Shown here: piece after piece, positions 35,745 through 44,388 of the stretch
Layout: every line of letters begins with the position of its first letter
How positions within the stretch are numbered: position 1 is the first letter of the stretch
Virus record (IMG/VR): IMGVR_UViG_3300023171_000018
Span: 1-49,211 of that record
Reading direction: 5' to 3' (one strand)
Source of the DNA: a virus
Lineage: Duplodnaviria; Caudoviricetes
Length of the DNA stretch: 49,211 nt
The notes under the pieces: model-generated
The model's input: the letters and a program-made list of their open reading frames with translations, nothing else
The model's database searches: none
Told to the model about the DNA's origin: nothing
Made by a program: the position numbers and the translations under genes

Positions 35745-36126
35745 ATTAGAAATCTTCTTCGGTAAGTTCGCGATCTATATCATTGGTGTCCTAGTTCTCG
35801 CTATAGCTACGACTAGCATCGGATGGTATGTCTCGACTTACCGATATCAGGCTGCTGTTGAGCACAGTGAAAAGGTTGAGACACAGTTGGAAGTCAGCAA
35901 CGCCAGTTACGGCTCCATCCGTGACCAGTTCGCACTACTGACTAAGACACTCGAAGCCAACCAAGACAAGGCATTGGCTAGCCATGCTCTCCTTCAGGAG
36001 AAACTCAGTGGCATTATCGCTAGTGACAAAGCTCAGGTCATTGTCGAAGGCGAACTTCTGAGCCGAACCCCACAGGGACAGTGTGTGACACCAAAGGATC
36101 TTGCAGATGCGTATGATAAGTTATAA
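35734..36126 (+). CDS. Inner-membrane spanin (Rz-like)
   Basis: N-terminal TM, periplasmic coiled coil, C-terminal Cys. Confidence 0.75.
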   Translation: MESKLEIFFGKFAIYIIGVLVLAIATTSIGWYVSTYRYQAAVEHSEKVETQLEVSNASYGSIRDQFALLTKTLEANQDKALASHALLQEKLSGIIASDKAQVIVEGELLSRTPQGQCVTPKDLADAYDKL

Positions 36127-36382
36127 ACTGATTCCGTGGTTGCTGCTGCTTAGTGCATGTGCAACTCACCAGACTCCGGGGATCAAGGTCGAATATGTAG
36201 AGAAGCCGGTCATAGTCCAGAAGGCTTGTCTCCAATCTAAAGACATCCCGATAGTCCCTAACCGCCTCGGAGCGGCACCGACAAACATCGAGACTGCTCT
36301 CGCTACAGCGCTGGCTAAGGTAAGTGAATGGATGCGGTATGGTAATCGTGCTGATCCTATTATGAAGAGTTGTTCGCAGTAG
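36113..36382 (+). CDS. Outer-membrane spanin lipoprotein (Rz1-like)
   Basis: LLLLSAC lipobox; overlaps the i-spanin end; Pro-containing. Confidence 0.75.
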   Translation: MISYKLIPWLLLLSACATHQTPGIKVEYVEKPVIVQKACLQSKDIPIVPNRLGAAPTNIETALATALAKVSEWMRYGNRADPIMKSCSQ

Positions 36383-36387
36383 ATACA

Positions 36388-36430
36388 AAGAAGGGGCCTC
36401 CGGCATTGCGCTGGAGAGCCCCTTTTTGTT
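36388..36430. terminator. Bidirectional terminator between the convergent arms
   Basis: AAGAAGGGGC-CTCCGGC...GCTGGAG-AGCCCCTTTTT hairpin with T tracts on both strands. Confidence 0.8.
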
Positions 36431-36648
36431 TATCCGTCGAAGAGTTCACTATCAACAAAGATTACGGCATTGACGAGACGATTCAAATCCTCTCCATGAA
36501 TGCTGTCCCACTTTACAAGAAGCAAGCTGAGGATTCGTTCTCGTCGTTGATTCTGTTCGATCTCTCGAAAACGCTTTGTATAATCAAGTGCCTCAATACG
36601 AGGCAGATCGTTCATCTTCCTGTCGTCGTCGTAAACTTCGTTATCCAT
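36430..36648 (-). CDS. Hypothetical protein
   Basis: 72-aa ORF overlapping the RNR stop. Confidence 0.65.
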   Translation of the reverse strand: MDNEVYDDDRKMNDLPRIEALDYTKRFREIEQNQRRERILSLLLVKWDSIHGEDLNRLVNAVIFVDSELFDG

Positions 36649-38566
36649 CTAACTGTACCTTTCCAATTTCAATTATGTCGCATACGCCACCAGCACAGGC
36701 AAGTTCCTGTGAACCAGTAGTCATGTCCTCAGTCTCGAAGAGAGAGAGGTCGTTCCAGTCAATGTCAGGTAGAGGATGGTCTACAAGCCACTGCTCATAA
36801 GCCTCTTCTGTAATCTCCTGATACGGAGCCTGAGCATACGTCCCACCATCATAAGGAAGGAACGCAACTCCGGAGAGTTTGTCGAAGTTCTTCCAGACCC
36901 ATGCACCTACCTCAGGCCACTCCTCTTCCTTGACGTTGATAGTCGCACTCGGCTTGTGCTCACACCAATTATCTTGGAGGTTCTCCCACAAATTGAGCAT
37001 GTCGATAGCTGACATATCCTTCCTTGTGACAGCACCCTCAGGAGACTTGATAGCGAAGTAGAAGACCGAAGTGTTACCGGTCTTGTCCATGACGTCTACT
37101 TCCCAGTAAACTCCTCGGTCCTTGAGGAACTGGGTCAACGGGTCTTTGTTATCCGCACGAACAGTTCGGAGGTAGTAAGGAGAATGCCGAGTGTGCAATC
37201 CACTACTACTATTAACGCGCTGGCTAACAGTACCACTAGGCTTAACGCAAGTAGTCGCAGTGCTCTGGGGAATACCAAGGCGATCTGCCCACTCCTTGTT
37301 CGTTTCAACCACGACTTCCTTGAGTGCCAGTAGAACTTCGGGTCTTCCAAGTACTGAGAGGTTATCGCAAATACCTGTGAGTGAGACTCCGAGAAGACGT
37401 TCTTCATTACATGTATCCTGCCATTTCTTCCTCAGGTATTTGAAGTTAGTGAAGGTGCTTTGAATCGTACCAAGGATCGCAGCAACCTTTGCTTTGCGCT
37501 TAAGAGATTCGAGTGTATCGCCGGATCGGACAACAATCTCTGTAAGGTTACAGAATTGGAAGGGTCGGAGAATAATTTCCGAACACGGGTTAGTTCCGAA
37601 ATCATGGTTCCGATCGCGTCTACCGCTTCGTCCTGCAATAGCTTGGCAAGCATATCGCGAGAATAAACCGGGCTCTCCGGATTGGCTAGCATAGAGTTCA
37701 TTCCATTTCTCCATGAAGAAGCCGACATCAGGTCGACGGTTTTCGTAGACACCGCTGTTGTTAGCCAACCGGCGATGACCTGACTTCTCCCACCACGCTC
37801 CACTCTTGCTACGACTCATACGGTCATCAGTACAGTCGAAGAGCGAGATCATTGCAGATCGACGGACACCACCTACTACGACGATGTCAGCGACCTTGCA
37901 CATCAAGTCATGGCATTCTAGGCTTGTTAGGCGTCGTCCTGCTGCATTCCTAAAGAGCGAAACAGCGAACTCAAAAAGGTCAACCAAAGGTTGGGGCCCT
38001 GAAGCACGTCCTCCAAAAGTTTTAAGTCGCGCTCCGGAAGGTCGAACGTTTGAGACGTCCCATCCGGGAACTTGACCTGCAATGAGGAGACTGACGAGTT
38101 CTCGGAAAGACTTAGCCCATCCTTCTTTACTGTCTGCCACTCGAATGATTGTGTCTGTTGCATCAAATGTCTCACTAATCCTTGGGAGTTGGTCGATGTA
38201 CTTCTTCTCGACGGAGTACCCTACGCCAGTACCGCACATGAGGATGTACATAGCTTCATCGAAGCTACGAGGGCTGTCGACAGGGAGGTAGGCGCAGTTG
38301 TAAGCAGGAACATGACAACGGTCAAGGGTAGGCCCTGCCGTCATCAATGCCCGCATACTGGGCATGACTTCTAGGTCATGGATCGCTGTGTAAATCTCTT
38401 CACAAGTATCAATATCAACCTTACCATCAGTGGCCTTTTCATAATATGATACTAGTCGACTTACTGTCTCGTCCCAATTCTCTCGGCGGTTCTCTTCTTC
38501 AAGCCATCGGGCGTACCTACTTTTATAGATGAAGGATGTAAAGAGGTCTTCACTTGGCGCGGGCAA
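36641..38566 (-). CDS. nrdJ: Class II (adenosylcobalamin-dependent) ribonucleotide reductase
   Basis: VVVGGVRRSA, GTNPCSEI, TCVKPSGT, C-terminal CAGGVC; no small-subunit gene seen; TTG start with GGAG RBS. Confidence 0.88.
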   Translation of the reverse strand: MPAPSEDLFTSFIYKSRYARWLEEENRRENWDETVSRLVSYYEKATDGKVDIDTCEEIYTAIHDLEVMPSMRALMTAGPTLDRCHVPAYNCAYLPVDSPRSFDEAMYILMCGTGVGYSVEKKYIDQLPRISETFDATDTIIRVADSKEGWAKSFRELVSLLIAGQVPGWDVSNVRPSGARLKTFGGRASGPQPLVDLFEFAVSLFRNAAGRRLTSLECHDLMCKVADIVVVGGVRRSAMISLFDCTDDRMSRSKSGAWWEKSGHRRLANNSGVYENRRPDVGFFMEKWNELYASQSGEPGLFSRYACQAIAGRSGRRDRNHDFGTNPCSEIILRPFQFCNLTEIVVRSGDTLESLKRKAKVAAILGTIQSTFTNFKYLRKKWQDTCNEERLLGVSLTGICDNLSVLGRPEVLLALKEVVVETNKEWADRLGIPQSTATTCVKPSGTVSQRVNSSSGLHTRHSPYYLRTVRADNKDPLTQFLKDRGVYWEVDVMDKTGNTSVFYFAIKSPEGAVTRKDMSAIDMLNLWENLQDNWCEHKPSATINVKEEEWPEVGAWVWKNFDKLSGVAFLPYDGGTYAQAPYQEITEEAYEQWLVDHPLPDIDWNDLSLFETEDMTTGSQELACAGGVCDIIEIGKVQLDG

Positions 38567-39020
38567 TAAGCTTCTCCAATGTTTTGTTCTGTCCGTTCAT
38601 TGCCCGATGAGCAACCATTACTGAAACTTCTAAAGTGTCGGCGATCTTCTGATAAGACATACCTTGATTACGAAGCTCAGTTGCAGCTATCAGCATTTCA
38701 GGGGTAAACTTCAGCAGCTTCTCACCCTGAAGTTTGTTAAAAGCCGGGTCGAACGTATCTATAAGGTCTTGCTCAATCACGCAAGCAGCACCCTTGGTTA
38801 GACCTCGCTCAATAATTCTGACCCAGTCTGCAGGTAAATAGCCCTGAGACACAAGACTGTTCATATACTCTGCATGATTTTCTGACCGGAAAGGCACGTC
38901 AAACATCCAAGCCCGGGCACCACATCCGTGACCTACATAAATAACCTTCTCGGTTACAGGACAGAAGTGAGAATAGACATAGTACTTATGTTCAAAGAGT
39001 CCTTCGTTGAACTTAGTGAT
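38550..39020 (-). CDS. GIY-YIG endonuclease with C-terminal HTH (probable ATC start)
   Basis: Frame extends upstream of ATG 38906 through YYVYSH...VIYVGHG..AR; GMSYQKIADTLEVS HTH. Confidence 0.75.
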   Translation of the reverse strand: MTKFNEGLFEHKYYVYSHFCPVTEKVIYVGHGCGARAWMFDVPFRSENHAEYMNSLVSQGYLPADWVRIIERGLTKGAACVIEQDLIDTFDPAFNKLQGEKLLKFTPEMLIAATELRNQGMSYQKIADTLEVSVMVAHRAMNGQNKTLEKLIARAK

Positions 39021-39240
39021 GAGTCACCTCTTTCTCTACTGGGATAAGCGGAGTCGGCAACTGCTGTGGAGTTGAAGCAAAGAACTTGTCTCCGCAAGTT
39101 ACGACTACGACGCTATGTGTTACGAGGTCACCGCTATCTCGAATGAACTCGGCATGGATGTCGGCACGAGAGAGGAGGTTGTACATCTCTTCAAGGACCT
39201 TCTTATCGGACATCTTCTCAATCTTACTCAACTTACTCAT
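39013..39240 (-). CDS. Hypothetical protein
   Basis: 75 aa, AAGGA RBS. Confidence 0.7.
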   Translation of the reverse strand: MSKLSKIEKMSDKKVLEEMYNLLSRADIHAEFIRDSGDLVTHSVVVVTCGDKFFASTPQQLPTPLIPVEKEVTHH

Positions 39241-39259
39241 AGTGTCCTTTCAAGTAGGG

Positions 39260-39290
39260 AAAAAGAAACCCCCGAGTTTCCCCGGGGGTC
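39260..39290 (-). terminator. Rho-independent terminator
   Basis: ACCCCCG-GGGAAACT-CGGGGGT followed by TTCTTTTT on the minus strand. Confidence 0.8.
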
Positions 39291-39329
39291 CGTAGTTTAC
39301 TTAGATCTGAGTTCCCCCGTCACCAAGCA

Positions 39330-39857
39330 TTACTTAGCTTCAGTCTTGTTCTCGTGCTTAGCACGGTAGTTCTTATCGAGGTCCTTGGCCTTAGCCTTCG
39401 GATTACCCGACTCGAACTTTGCTTCCTGTGCTTCACGCTCTTCTGCGTTAGCCGTCTCAGTCCGGACATTGCGAGGATCATCAGCCGGGATTTCACCGTC
39501 CGTGTCTGCGTTATCCTTCTGAAGCGATTGAGCAGCTACGAGAGCTTCATCCTTCTCTTCCGAACCTGCTGGCTCCGAAGAGATTGGATTGGCAGCTTCA
39601 GCCCACTTCCGGTCGTCGATGACGTTCAAGACCTTGACACCATCCTCACTTGGAACGACACCAAGGATAGCGTTACTAGCCCGTGGGTGATCGAAGGGGA
39701 GGATGTCAATGAGTCCATGCTCCTGCATCACCTTCACAGTATGCGTCTCAGCTTCACTGAGTGCTACACCCTGTCGAGCAGCGAGGAGGAAGGCGACTTC
39801 GTCGTCACCAAGGACTTCGTCCAGTAGTTCGGTAGCCTTGAAGATATTAATAGCCAT
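39330..39857 (-). CDS. Hypothetical acidic protein
   Basis: 175 aa with RBS; followed by a terminator. Confidence 0.75.
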   Translation of the reverse strand: MAINIFKATELLDEVLGDDEVAFLLAARQGVALSEAETHTVKVMQEHGLIDILPFDHPRASNAILGVVPSEDGVKVLNVIDDRKWAEAANPISSEPAGSEEKDEALVAAQSLQKDNADTDGEIPADDPRNVRTETANAEEREAQEAKFESGNPKAKAKDLDKNYRAKHENKTEAK

Positions 39858-39870
39858 TCAGTTGTTTCCT

Positions 39871-40413
39871 TTAGTAGAGTTCACGGTAACGCTGTAGAAA
39901 TTCTTTCTTCGCACGACTTGGCTTCCAACCTTTGAGGTCTACCAAGTCCTTGAGATGTTCTACTTCGATGCCGTCGTAGTGAGGCCAATACGAATTATCC
40001 TTCTTGACATAAGTCTTTTCGAGGATGAGCATTTCCGTATCAGCCTGCTTGACTTCAGCAGGGTACGGATACTGGAAGTCAAACTTCTTGGACATAGCCG
40101 ACTCGATCTTTACTTCAAGTTCTTTGAAGATAGGCAGCGCCCATTTCAAGGGGGTCGGAATATCATTCGTGAAGGCTTCACTAGTGTCGTGCATCAATGC
40201 CGTAAAAGCATATTCAGGAGGGACGATACGACTAGTGTTAACCAAGTGCTGGGCCACAGAGTAGAACGTAGGTAGATGACCACTGAAGCGACAGATGTTA
40301 CTCAACGCTGAAGCGAGATCATCTAACGTGACGTCGCTCTCTTCCGGCTTATTGTAATTGAACTGACCTCCACTGAGTAGGCCAATCCATTGATCGTCAA
40401 GCGCTGGGGTCAA
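39871..40413 (-). CDS. HD-domain 5'-deoxynucleotidase-like hydrolase
   Basis: RFSGH..FYSVAQH, ALMHDTSEA..DIPTPLK and VKQAD motifs. Confidence 0.85.
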   Translation of the reverse strand: MTPALDDQWIGLLSGGQFNYNKPEESDVTLDDLASALSNICRFSGHLPTFYSVAQHLVNTSRIVPPEYAFTALMHDTSEAFTNDIPTPLKWALPIFKELEVKIESAMSKKFDFQYPYPAEVKQADTEMLILEKTYVKKDNSYWPHYDGIEVEHLKDLVDLKGWKPSRAKKEFLQRYRELY

Positions 40414-40792
40414 GACCTTGTTCCTTTCGAAGCAATAGTTCTAGTCGAGCAAGTGCATTCCACGCGGCATGGGCAGCATGGAGAAGTCCAGAATCATTAT
40501 CCACAACCTCTCCTTCTGCTTCGTATCCAAGGTGTCGTACCAATGCATCAGAGTACCGATTGTATCCGTCACTGACACCCTGCCATCCGTTCCAAGCATA
40601 CTTACTTGCTCCGAAACCGCTGACGGCAGACACTGCAGAAATTGCTCGCGGGAAATAACCAAGCCCGCCCCGATAGATTGGAGCCTTGCCTCCGTCGTAC
40701 TTGATTGCACCTGCCGAGACGCTTTCAACCGGGTCATTAGTAAACTCCTTCTTACCAGCTACTTCCGTAACTAACTTACCCATACCAATCAT
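40397..40792 (-). CDS. DUF5664-type dATP/dGTP diphosphohydrolase-like protein
   Basis: KYDGGK, FGASKY..NGW, ALVRHL and DSGLLHAAHAAWN motifs. Confidence 0.8.
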   Translation of the reverse strand: MIGMGKLVTEVAGKKEFTNDPVESVSAGAIKYDGGKAPIYRGGLGYFPRAISAVSAVSGFGASKYAWNGWQGVSDGYNRYSDALVRHLGYEAEGEVVDNDSGLLHAAHAAWNALARLELLLRKEQGLDPSA

Positions 40793-40953
40793 TCACCATC
40801 CCTCATATAGTCACGGAGCATGTCTTCGTTGTCTGCAATGACGTCGTCAAAGGCGTAGATGACGGACTCCACTGTGATGTCGTCATCGAAGAGTTCGACG
40901 AGTTCAGCAGCACTGAAGTAATCCTTCAACTGTTCAATAAATTCACGGTCCAT
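40789..40953 (-). CDS. Small acidic protein
   Basis: MDREFIEQLKDYFSAAELVELF...; ATG 40953. Confidence 0.65.
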   Translation of the reverse strand: MDREFIEQLKDYFSAAELVELFDDDITVESVIYAFDDVIADNEDMLRDYMRDGE

Positions 40954-40954
40954 C

Positions 40955-41050
40955 TTAGTCCCAACTATCATAACGGCTAGGAGCAGACAACCTGCCAACA
41001 ATGAGGCAGATAAAACCTACTACAATTACAAGTACTGCGCTGTCGCTCAT
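40955..41050 (-). CDS. 31-aa single-TM peptide (not in ORF track)
   Basis: MSDSAVLVIVVGFICLIVGRLSAPSRYDSWD; ATGA overlap. Confidence 0.55.
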   Translation of the reverse strand: MSDSAVLVIVVGFICLIVGRLSAPSRYDSWD

Positions 41051-41763
41051 ACCTTAGTCCTCGTACCATCTTGCCACGCACCGCAGTTCTGACACTGAAG
41101 ACGCTGGATAATGAATGACTTAGTCCGTCGAACACCGCGCTTCTGTACTGGACCCTTGCCACAGGAACCACAGTCATGCTTCTTCGTACCAAGGAAGGGA
41201 TGATTAGGAATGAACGCCTTGATCTTTTCGTAGAGCTTCACGAGCATCCTCACATCTTGAATACAGTATTTAGTCATAACCTTCTGTGCCTTTGGATCGC
41301 CGTCGAGCACTTCCTTCCACAGTTTGAATCCCTGATGCTTTACCTTACCACCAGCACCGAGCAGCGGTCCGATATAAGCGAGACGATTCATCATAAACCC
41401 AAATCGCTTAACAGCTTTAAGGCAATCAATACTAGTGGGGATAGGAGGAGGACTAAGCCCAGCAAGCAAAATTTCGCCTCGGAGCTTGGGGATGTCATAC
41501 TTGTCTCCATTATAAGTTATGATAGCATCAGCATCCGTCATGAGATCGAGAGCAGCCTGAGCCATTCCCTTCCGTCCGTCCGTCCATTCACTGAAGAATA
41601 GGAACTCTTTCGATCCTACCCATGTCGCACAGAAGCACAGCATATGTCCGTGGTCGATGATCTGGTCGGGGCCGATGTTCTCGTCCCAAGCTCGCCACAC
41701 ATACGCCTTCGTAGGTGCCCACTCAATGTCAAGTGCTAGTAATTTTCTTGTTGGATCGTTCAT
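41047..41763 (-). CDS. RNase H-like (DEDD) 3'-5' exonuclease with C-terminal Zn ribbon
   Basis: LDIE, YNGDKYD, YCIQDV; CGSCG...CQNCG. Confidence 0.85.
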   Translation of the reverse strand: MNDPTRKLLALDIEWAPTKAYVWRAWDENIGPDQIIDHGHMLCFCATWVGSKEFLFFSEWTDGRKGMAQAALDLMTDADAIITYNGDKYDIPKLRGEILLAGLSPPPIPTSIDCLKAVKRFGFMMNRLAYIGPLLGAGGKVKHQGFKLWKEVLDGDPKAQKVMTKYCIQDVRMLVKLYEKIKAFIPNHPFLGTKKHDCGSCGKGPVQKRGVRRTKSFIIQRLQCQNCGAWQDGTRTKV

Positions 41764-42110
41764 AGTGTAGCCTTATTGGGCCGTTTCTTAGTGGGCCTTC
41801 GTTGAGGTCGTTTTCGAGCTGGGACAAACCACCCAGTCCCTTGGTCGATGTAGTCTGCGATCTTCCTAAGGAGTGCTGCGTCTCTGTGTCTGCCGATGAG
41901 TCGACGATTACAATACGTGCAGGCAAGTCCTCTGATCTCCCCTGTGACGTGGTTGTGGTCAACTGCCAGCCGGACCTTAAACAGTGACTTATCTCTGCCG
42001 CAGATGGCACAGGCATGTCCTTGCTTCTCCAGCAATTCGTCGTACTGTTCAGGGGTGATCCCGAACTTCAACCGAAGGTGACTAGCCCGGGCACGTTCTG
42101 CTTTATCCAC
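41760..42110 (-). CDS. Endonuclease VII-like resolvase
   Basis: GITPEQY...QGHACAIC, LAVDHNH.TGEIRGLAC..CN motifs. Confidence 0.9.
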   Translation of the reverse strand: MDKAERARASHLRLKFGITPEQYDELLEKQGHACAICGRDKSLFKVRLAVDHNHVTGEIRGLACTYCNRRLIGRHRDAALLRKIADYIDQGTGWFVPARKRPQRRPTKKRPNKATL

Positions 42111-42340
42111 TACGCAAGGATCATCGGCTCTTCGTCACACTCAATGACAAGCCTAGCACCACAGCTTAGGAGAGGAGCATGAGGGGAATAAATAATACGA
42201 CTGCCAGCAGGAAGCCGTATGTCATTCCCGTAAAGAACGTTGCCGGAGCGTCCTCTTCGGACAGCCACCGGGGCCACAGGATGTTCCGCATGAATGTTCT
42301 TCCTTATCTTGTGTTGGTTGACGTGTACATACCACTTCAT
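42110..42340 (-). CDS. Hypothetical phage protein
   Basis: HVNQH.IR.N...PLLSCGARLVIE pattern. Confidence 0.7.
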   Translation of the reverse strand: MKWYVHVNQHKIRKNIHAEHPVAPVAVRRGRSGNVLYGNDIRLPAGSRIIYSPHAPLLSCGARLVIECDEEPMILA

Positions 42341-43206
42341 TCTGGAATCATCCTTGGGTCTACCTCGATCACGTCCGGAGTCTTAGCCACAGTTGTGAGA
42401 AACCGAGGACCAGTGCTATAAAGGAAGACACGAACACTAGGGTGACAACGGTATTTATGAGAACAGTAGCTACATGCCGTAGGAAGTTTCTCATTTCCGC
42501 TCTTTCCGTCTGGTATCGGGACGTAACACAAAGGGGGGGGCTCCGCAGAAGTAATAACCTCTTGGAGTTCCGCGATGCGATCTGCCGGTTGATGATGTTT
42601 AATGACTGTCTTGCTTAGAGTCGAGACACAGATGTCACCTGAGACCTTGTCCATAGCGAGCCATGCTGCATCCTCACCCGGCGTCAAGACGTTGGCGTAT
42701 CCGGCTAACTGATCGACGTACCCGAATGGGTCGTCTTCAGTAACCGTGCCGTCCTTGAACTTCTTGTACCCGAAGGGAGAAGCGGACTTGACATCGACGA
42801 TTACGCCATCGATCTTGGCATCGATGTGACCCTTCACCCCTGCAACTTCAACTTCGGCCTGTTCAAGAGAGACGTCGTGACCAGCCTCCTTAGTAAGGAA
42901 GAGAAGGACGGCTTCGATGACGTCGCCATAGAGGAACTTCATCGCAGTTCGACCAGTGATAGCCTCCTTGCCACCATCTACTGGATGATTGTCATACCAT
43001 ACCTGCCGGTTAGGACGACCTAGAGCAGAGAAGCGAAGGCCACTACTACTATGAGTACTCCGATGTAGACGCATCCGTAGAACGTCCGCGAGTGACTCAA
43101 CGAATGAAAGGAGATTGTCTTCATTGACTTCGTGGTCTGTCTCCGGGTCGAGTAAATTATAGATGTCGTCAGGGATCGAGGAAATTTCTTTAGGCACTTT
43201 CTTCAT
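42337..43206 (-). CDS. PD-(D/E)XK exonuclease (Cas4/RecB-like)
   Basis: LRFSALG, KFLYGD, GHID, VDVKSAS, DDPFGY..QL and C..C...C motifs. Confidence 0.85.
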   Translation of the reverse strand: MKKVPKEISSIPDDIYNLLDPETDHEVNEDNLLSFVESLADVLRMRLHRSTHSSSGLRFSALGRPNRQVWYDNHPVDGGKEAITGRTAMKFLYGDVIEAVLLFLTKEAGHDVSLEQAEVEVAGVKGHIDAKIDGVIVDVKSASPFGYKKFKDGTVTEDDPFGYVDQLAGYANVLTPGEDAAWLAMDKVSGDICVSTLSKTVIKHHQPADRIAELQEVITSAEPPPLCYVPIPDGKSGNEKLPTACSYCSHKYRCHPSVRVFLYSTGPRFLTTVAKTPDVIEVDPRMIPE

Positions 43207-43426
43207 CCTCTGACATCAACTGAAGCGTGTCACTGTCGACCGATTGTCGGTCATCAACGACCATGAACGGTACAGAATGGGACCACTGCTCAGTATTGTT
43301 TGGGTAGTCAGCAAGGAAGTCCCTTGCAATTTCATAGGCGTGATCGATGCTGGAAGCTCGGACCTTCAATGACATCGAGTCAAGGACAGTCCGCTTCAAT
43401 ACAGCCGACATCAGAAATGCTTTCAT
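43190..43426 (-). CDS. Hypothetical protein, 78 aa
   Basis: ATG 43426 after AAGGA RBS. Confidence 0.65.
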   Translation of the reverse strand: MKAFLMSAVLKRTVLDSMSLKVRASSIDHAYEIARDFLADYPNNTEQWSHSVPFMVVDDRQSVDSDTLQLMSEDEESA

Positions 43427-43433
43427 ACTGTTC

Positions 43434-43716
43434 CTTAGTTGAGACCCTAAGAGCTGGACTCTCACCGGGTTTTTCGGGGTTACTCGTTTGGTCTCGGTAC
43501 TATTAACCCTTGTTCCCAATTCTTTAGGGCACCCCGGCCATCAGACCCTTATTGCCCATTCCATGCCGAACCGGCACAGGGATAATGTGTGGGCGTTTTG
43601 TCGCTCTTACTTAGGGTTGCCCACCCATCCTAAGGTCAGCCGGGTATGAGGACTCGTACTCTAAGAGTAGAGATTACTTTTTACTCCTTATACCACCCGG
43701 TCTACCTCGTACGCCC
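43434..43716 (-). ncRNA. Putative structured intergenic RNA (~280 nt)
   Basis: ORF-free gap with several helices, a T-loop-like GGUGAGAGUCC and a possible pseudoknot. Confidence 0.45.
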
Positions 43717-44304
43717 TTAGAAGGGCATGTCGTCGTCGAGATCATCCAGCTTCGGATCAGCCTTAGCTGCAGTCTTCGGTGGAGCCTTAGCCCGGGGCTT
43801 ACTCGGACTCTTCGGGGCACTGCCGTCGAAGTCACTGAAGCCATTACCACCACTCGAACCACCCTCGTGAGGGACAAGCTCCTCGACACGGATAGCGTTG
43901 GTCCAGATCGCCTTCTTCTTACCACGACCGAAGTCTGCAATAGTGAGCTTAGCGACTACCCGGCTGCCATTACCAATGAGGGTCGAGTCGTCCCAGTCTT
44001 CGTTCTCGGAGTTGTAAATCGTGATCGGCTCATTCGCCGCACCATCCTTCGTAAACTCAGGCTTCTTCAGCATGAGATAATCACCCTTGTCAGGGTTCTT
44101 TTCGTCAGCCTTATCCTTCAGTCGATCGAGCAACCGGTGTTCCTTGAGAAAGCCGACATCATCAGGCACCAATTCATATGCCCACTGCCGACCGGGGAAC
44201 TCGCCACCGAACTGCTTATCATAGTTGTCGTGAAGGGCCTTCATGCCCACAATCTTAGGCCAATAGACTTTGCCAGTTACGAAAACAGTTGTGTACTCAG
44301 CCAT
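43717..44304 (-). CDS. Single-stranded DNA-binding protein (T7 gp2.5-like)
   Basis: LIGNGS.V motif; acidic tail ending DDLDDDMPF. Confidence 0.8.
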   Translation of the reverse strand: MAEYTTVFVTGKVYWPKIVGMKALHDNYDKQFGGEFPGRQWAYELVPDDVGFLKEHRLLDRLKDKADEKNPDKGDYLMLKKPEFTKDGAANEPITIYNSENEDWDDSTLIGNGSRVVAKLTIADFGRGKKKAIWTNAIRVEELVPHEGGSSGGNGFSDFDGSAPKSPSKPRAKAPPKTAAKADPKLDDLDDDMPF

Positions 44305-44356
44305 TCTTTTTCCTTTTGTTTCGGTGAAGAAGAGGGACGAACTCCCTACCTCTTAC

Positions 44357-44388
44357 ACCTATTATAGCATAATTCTCTTGAATGTCAA
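44357..44388 (-). promoter_or_regulatory. sigma70-type promoter TTGACA-N16-TATAATAGGT
   Basis: -35 at 44383-44388, extended -10 TGC-TATAAT at 44361-44369; upstream of the SSB gene. Confidence 0.85.

Noticed and set aside
39871-40792. 2-aminoadenine (Z) genome pathway
   Set aside because: HD and DUF5664-type hydrolases are present, but no PurZ (adenylosuccinate synthetase-like) gene is visible.
42337-43206. Cas4 as part of a CRISPR system
   Set aside because: No repeat-spacer array or other cas genes; this is a typical stand-alone phage replication exonuclease.
43470-43550. Hammerhead ribozyme (CUGAUG...GAAA on the minus strand)
   Set aside because: The core reads CUGAUGG rather than CUGANGA, extra bases precede stem II, and I could not build stems I and III.
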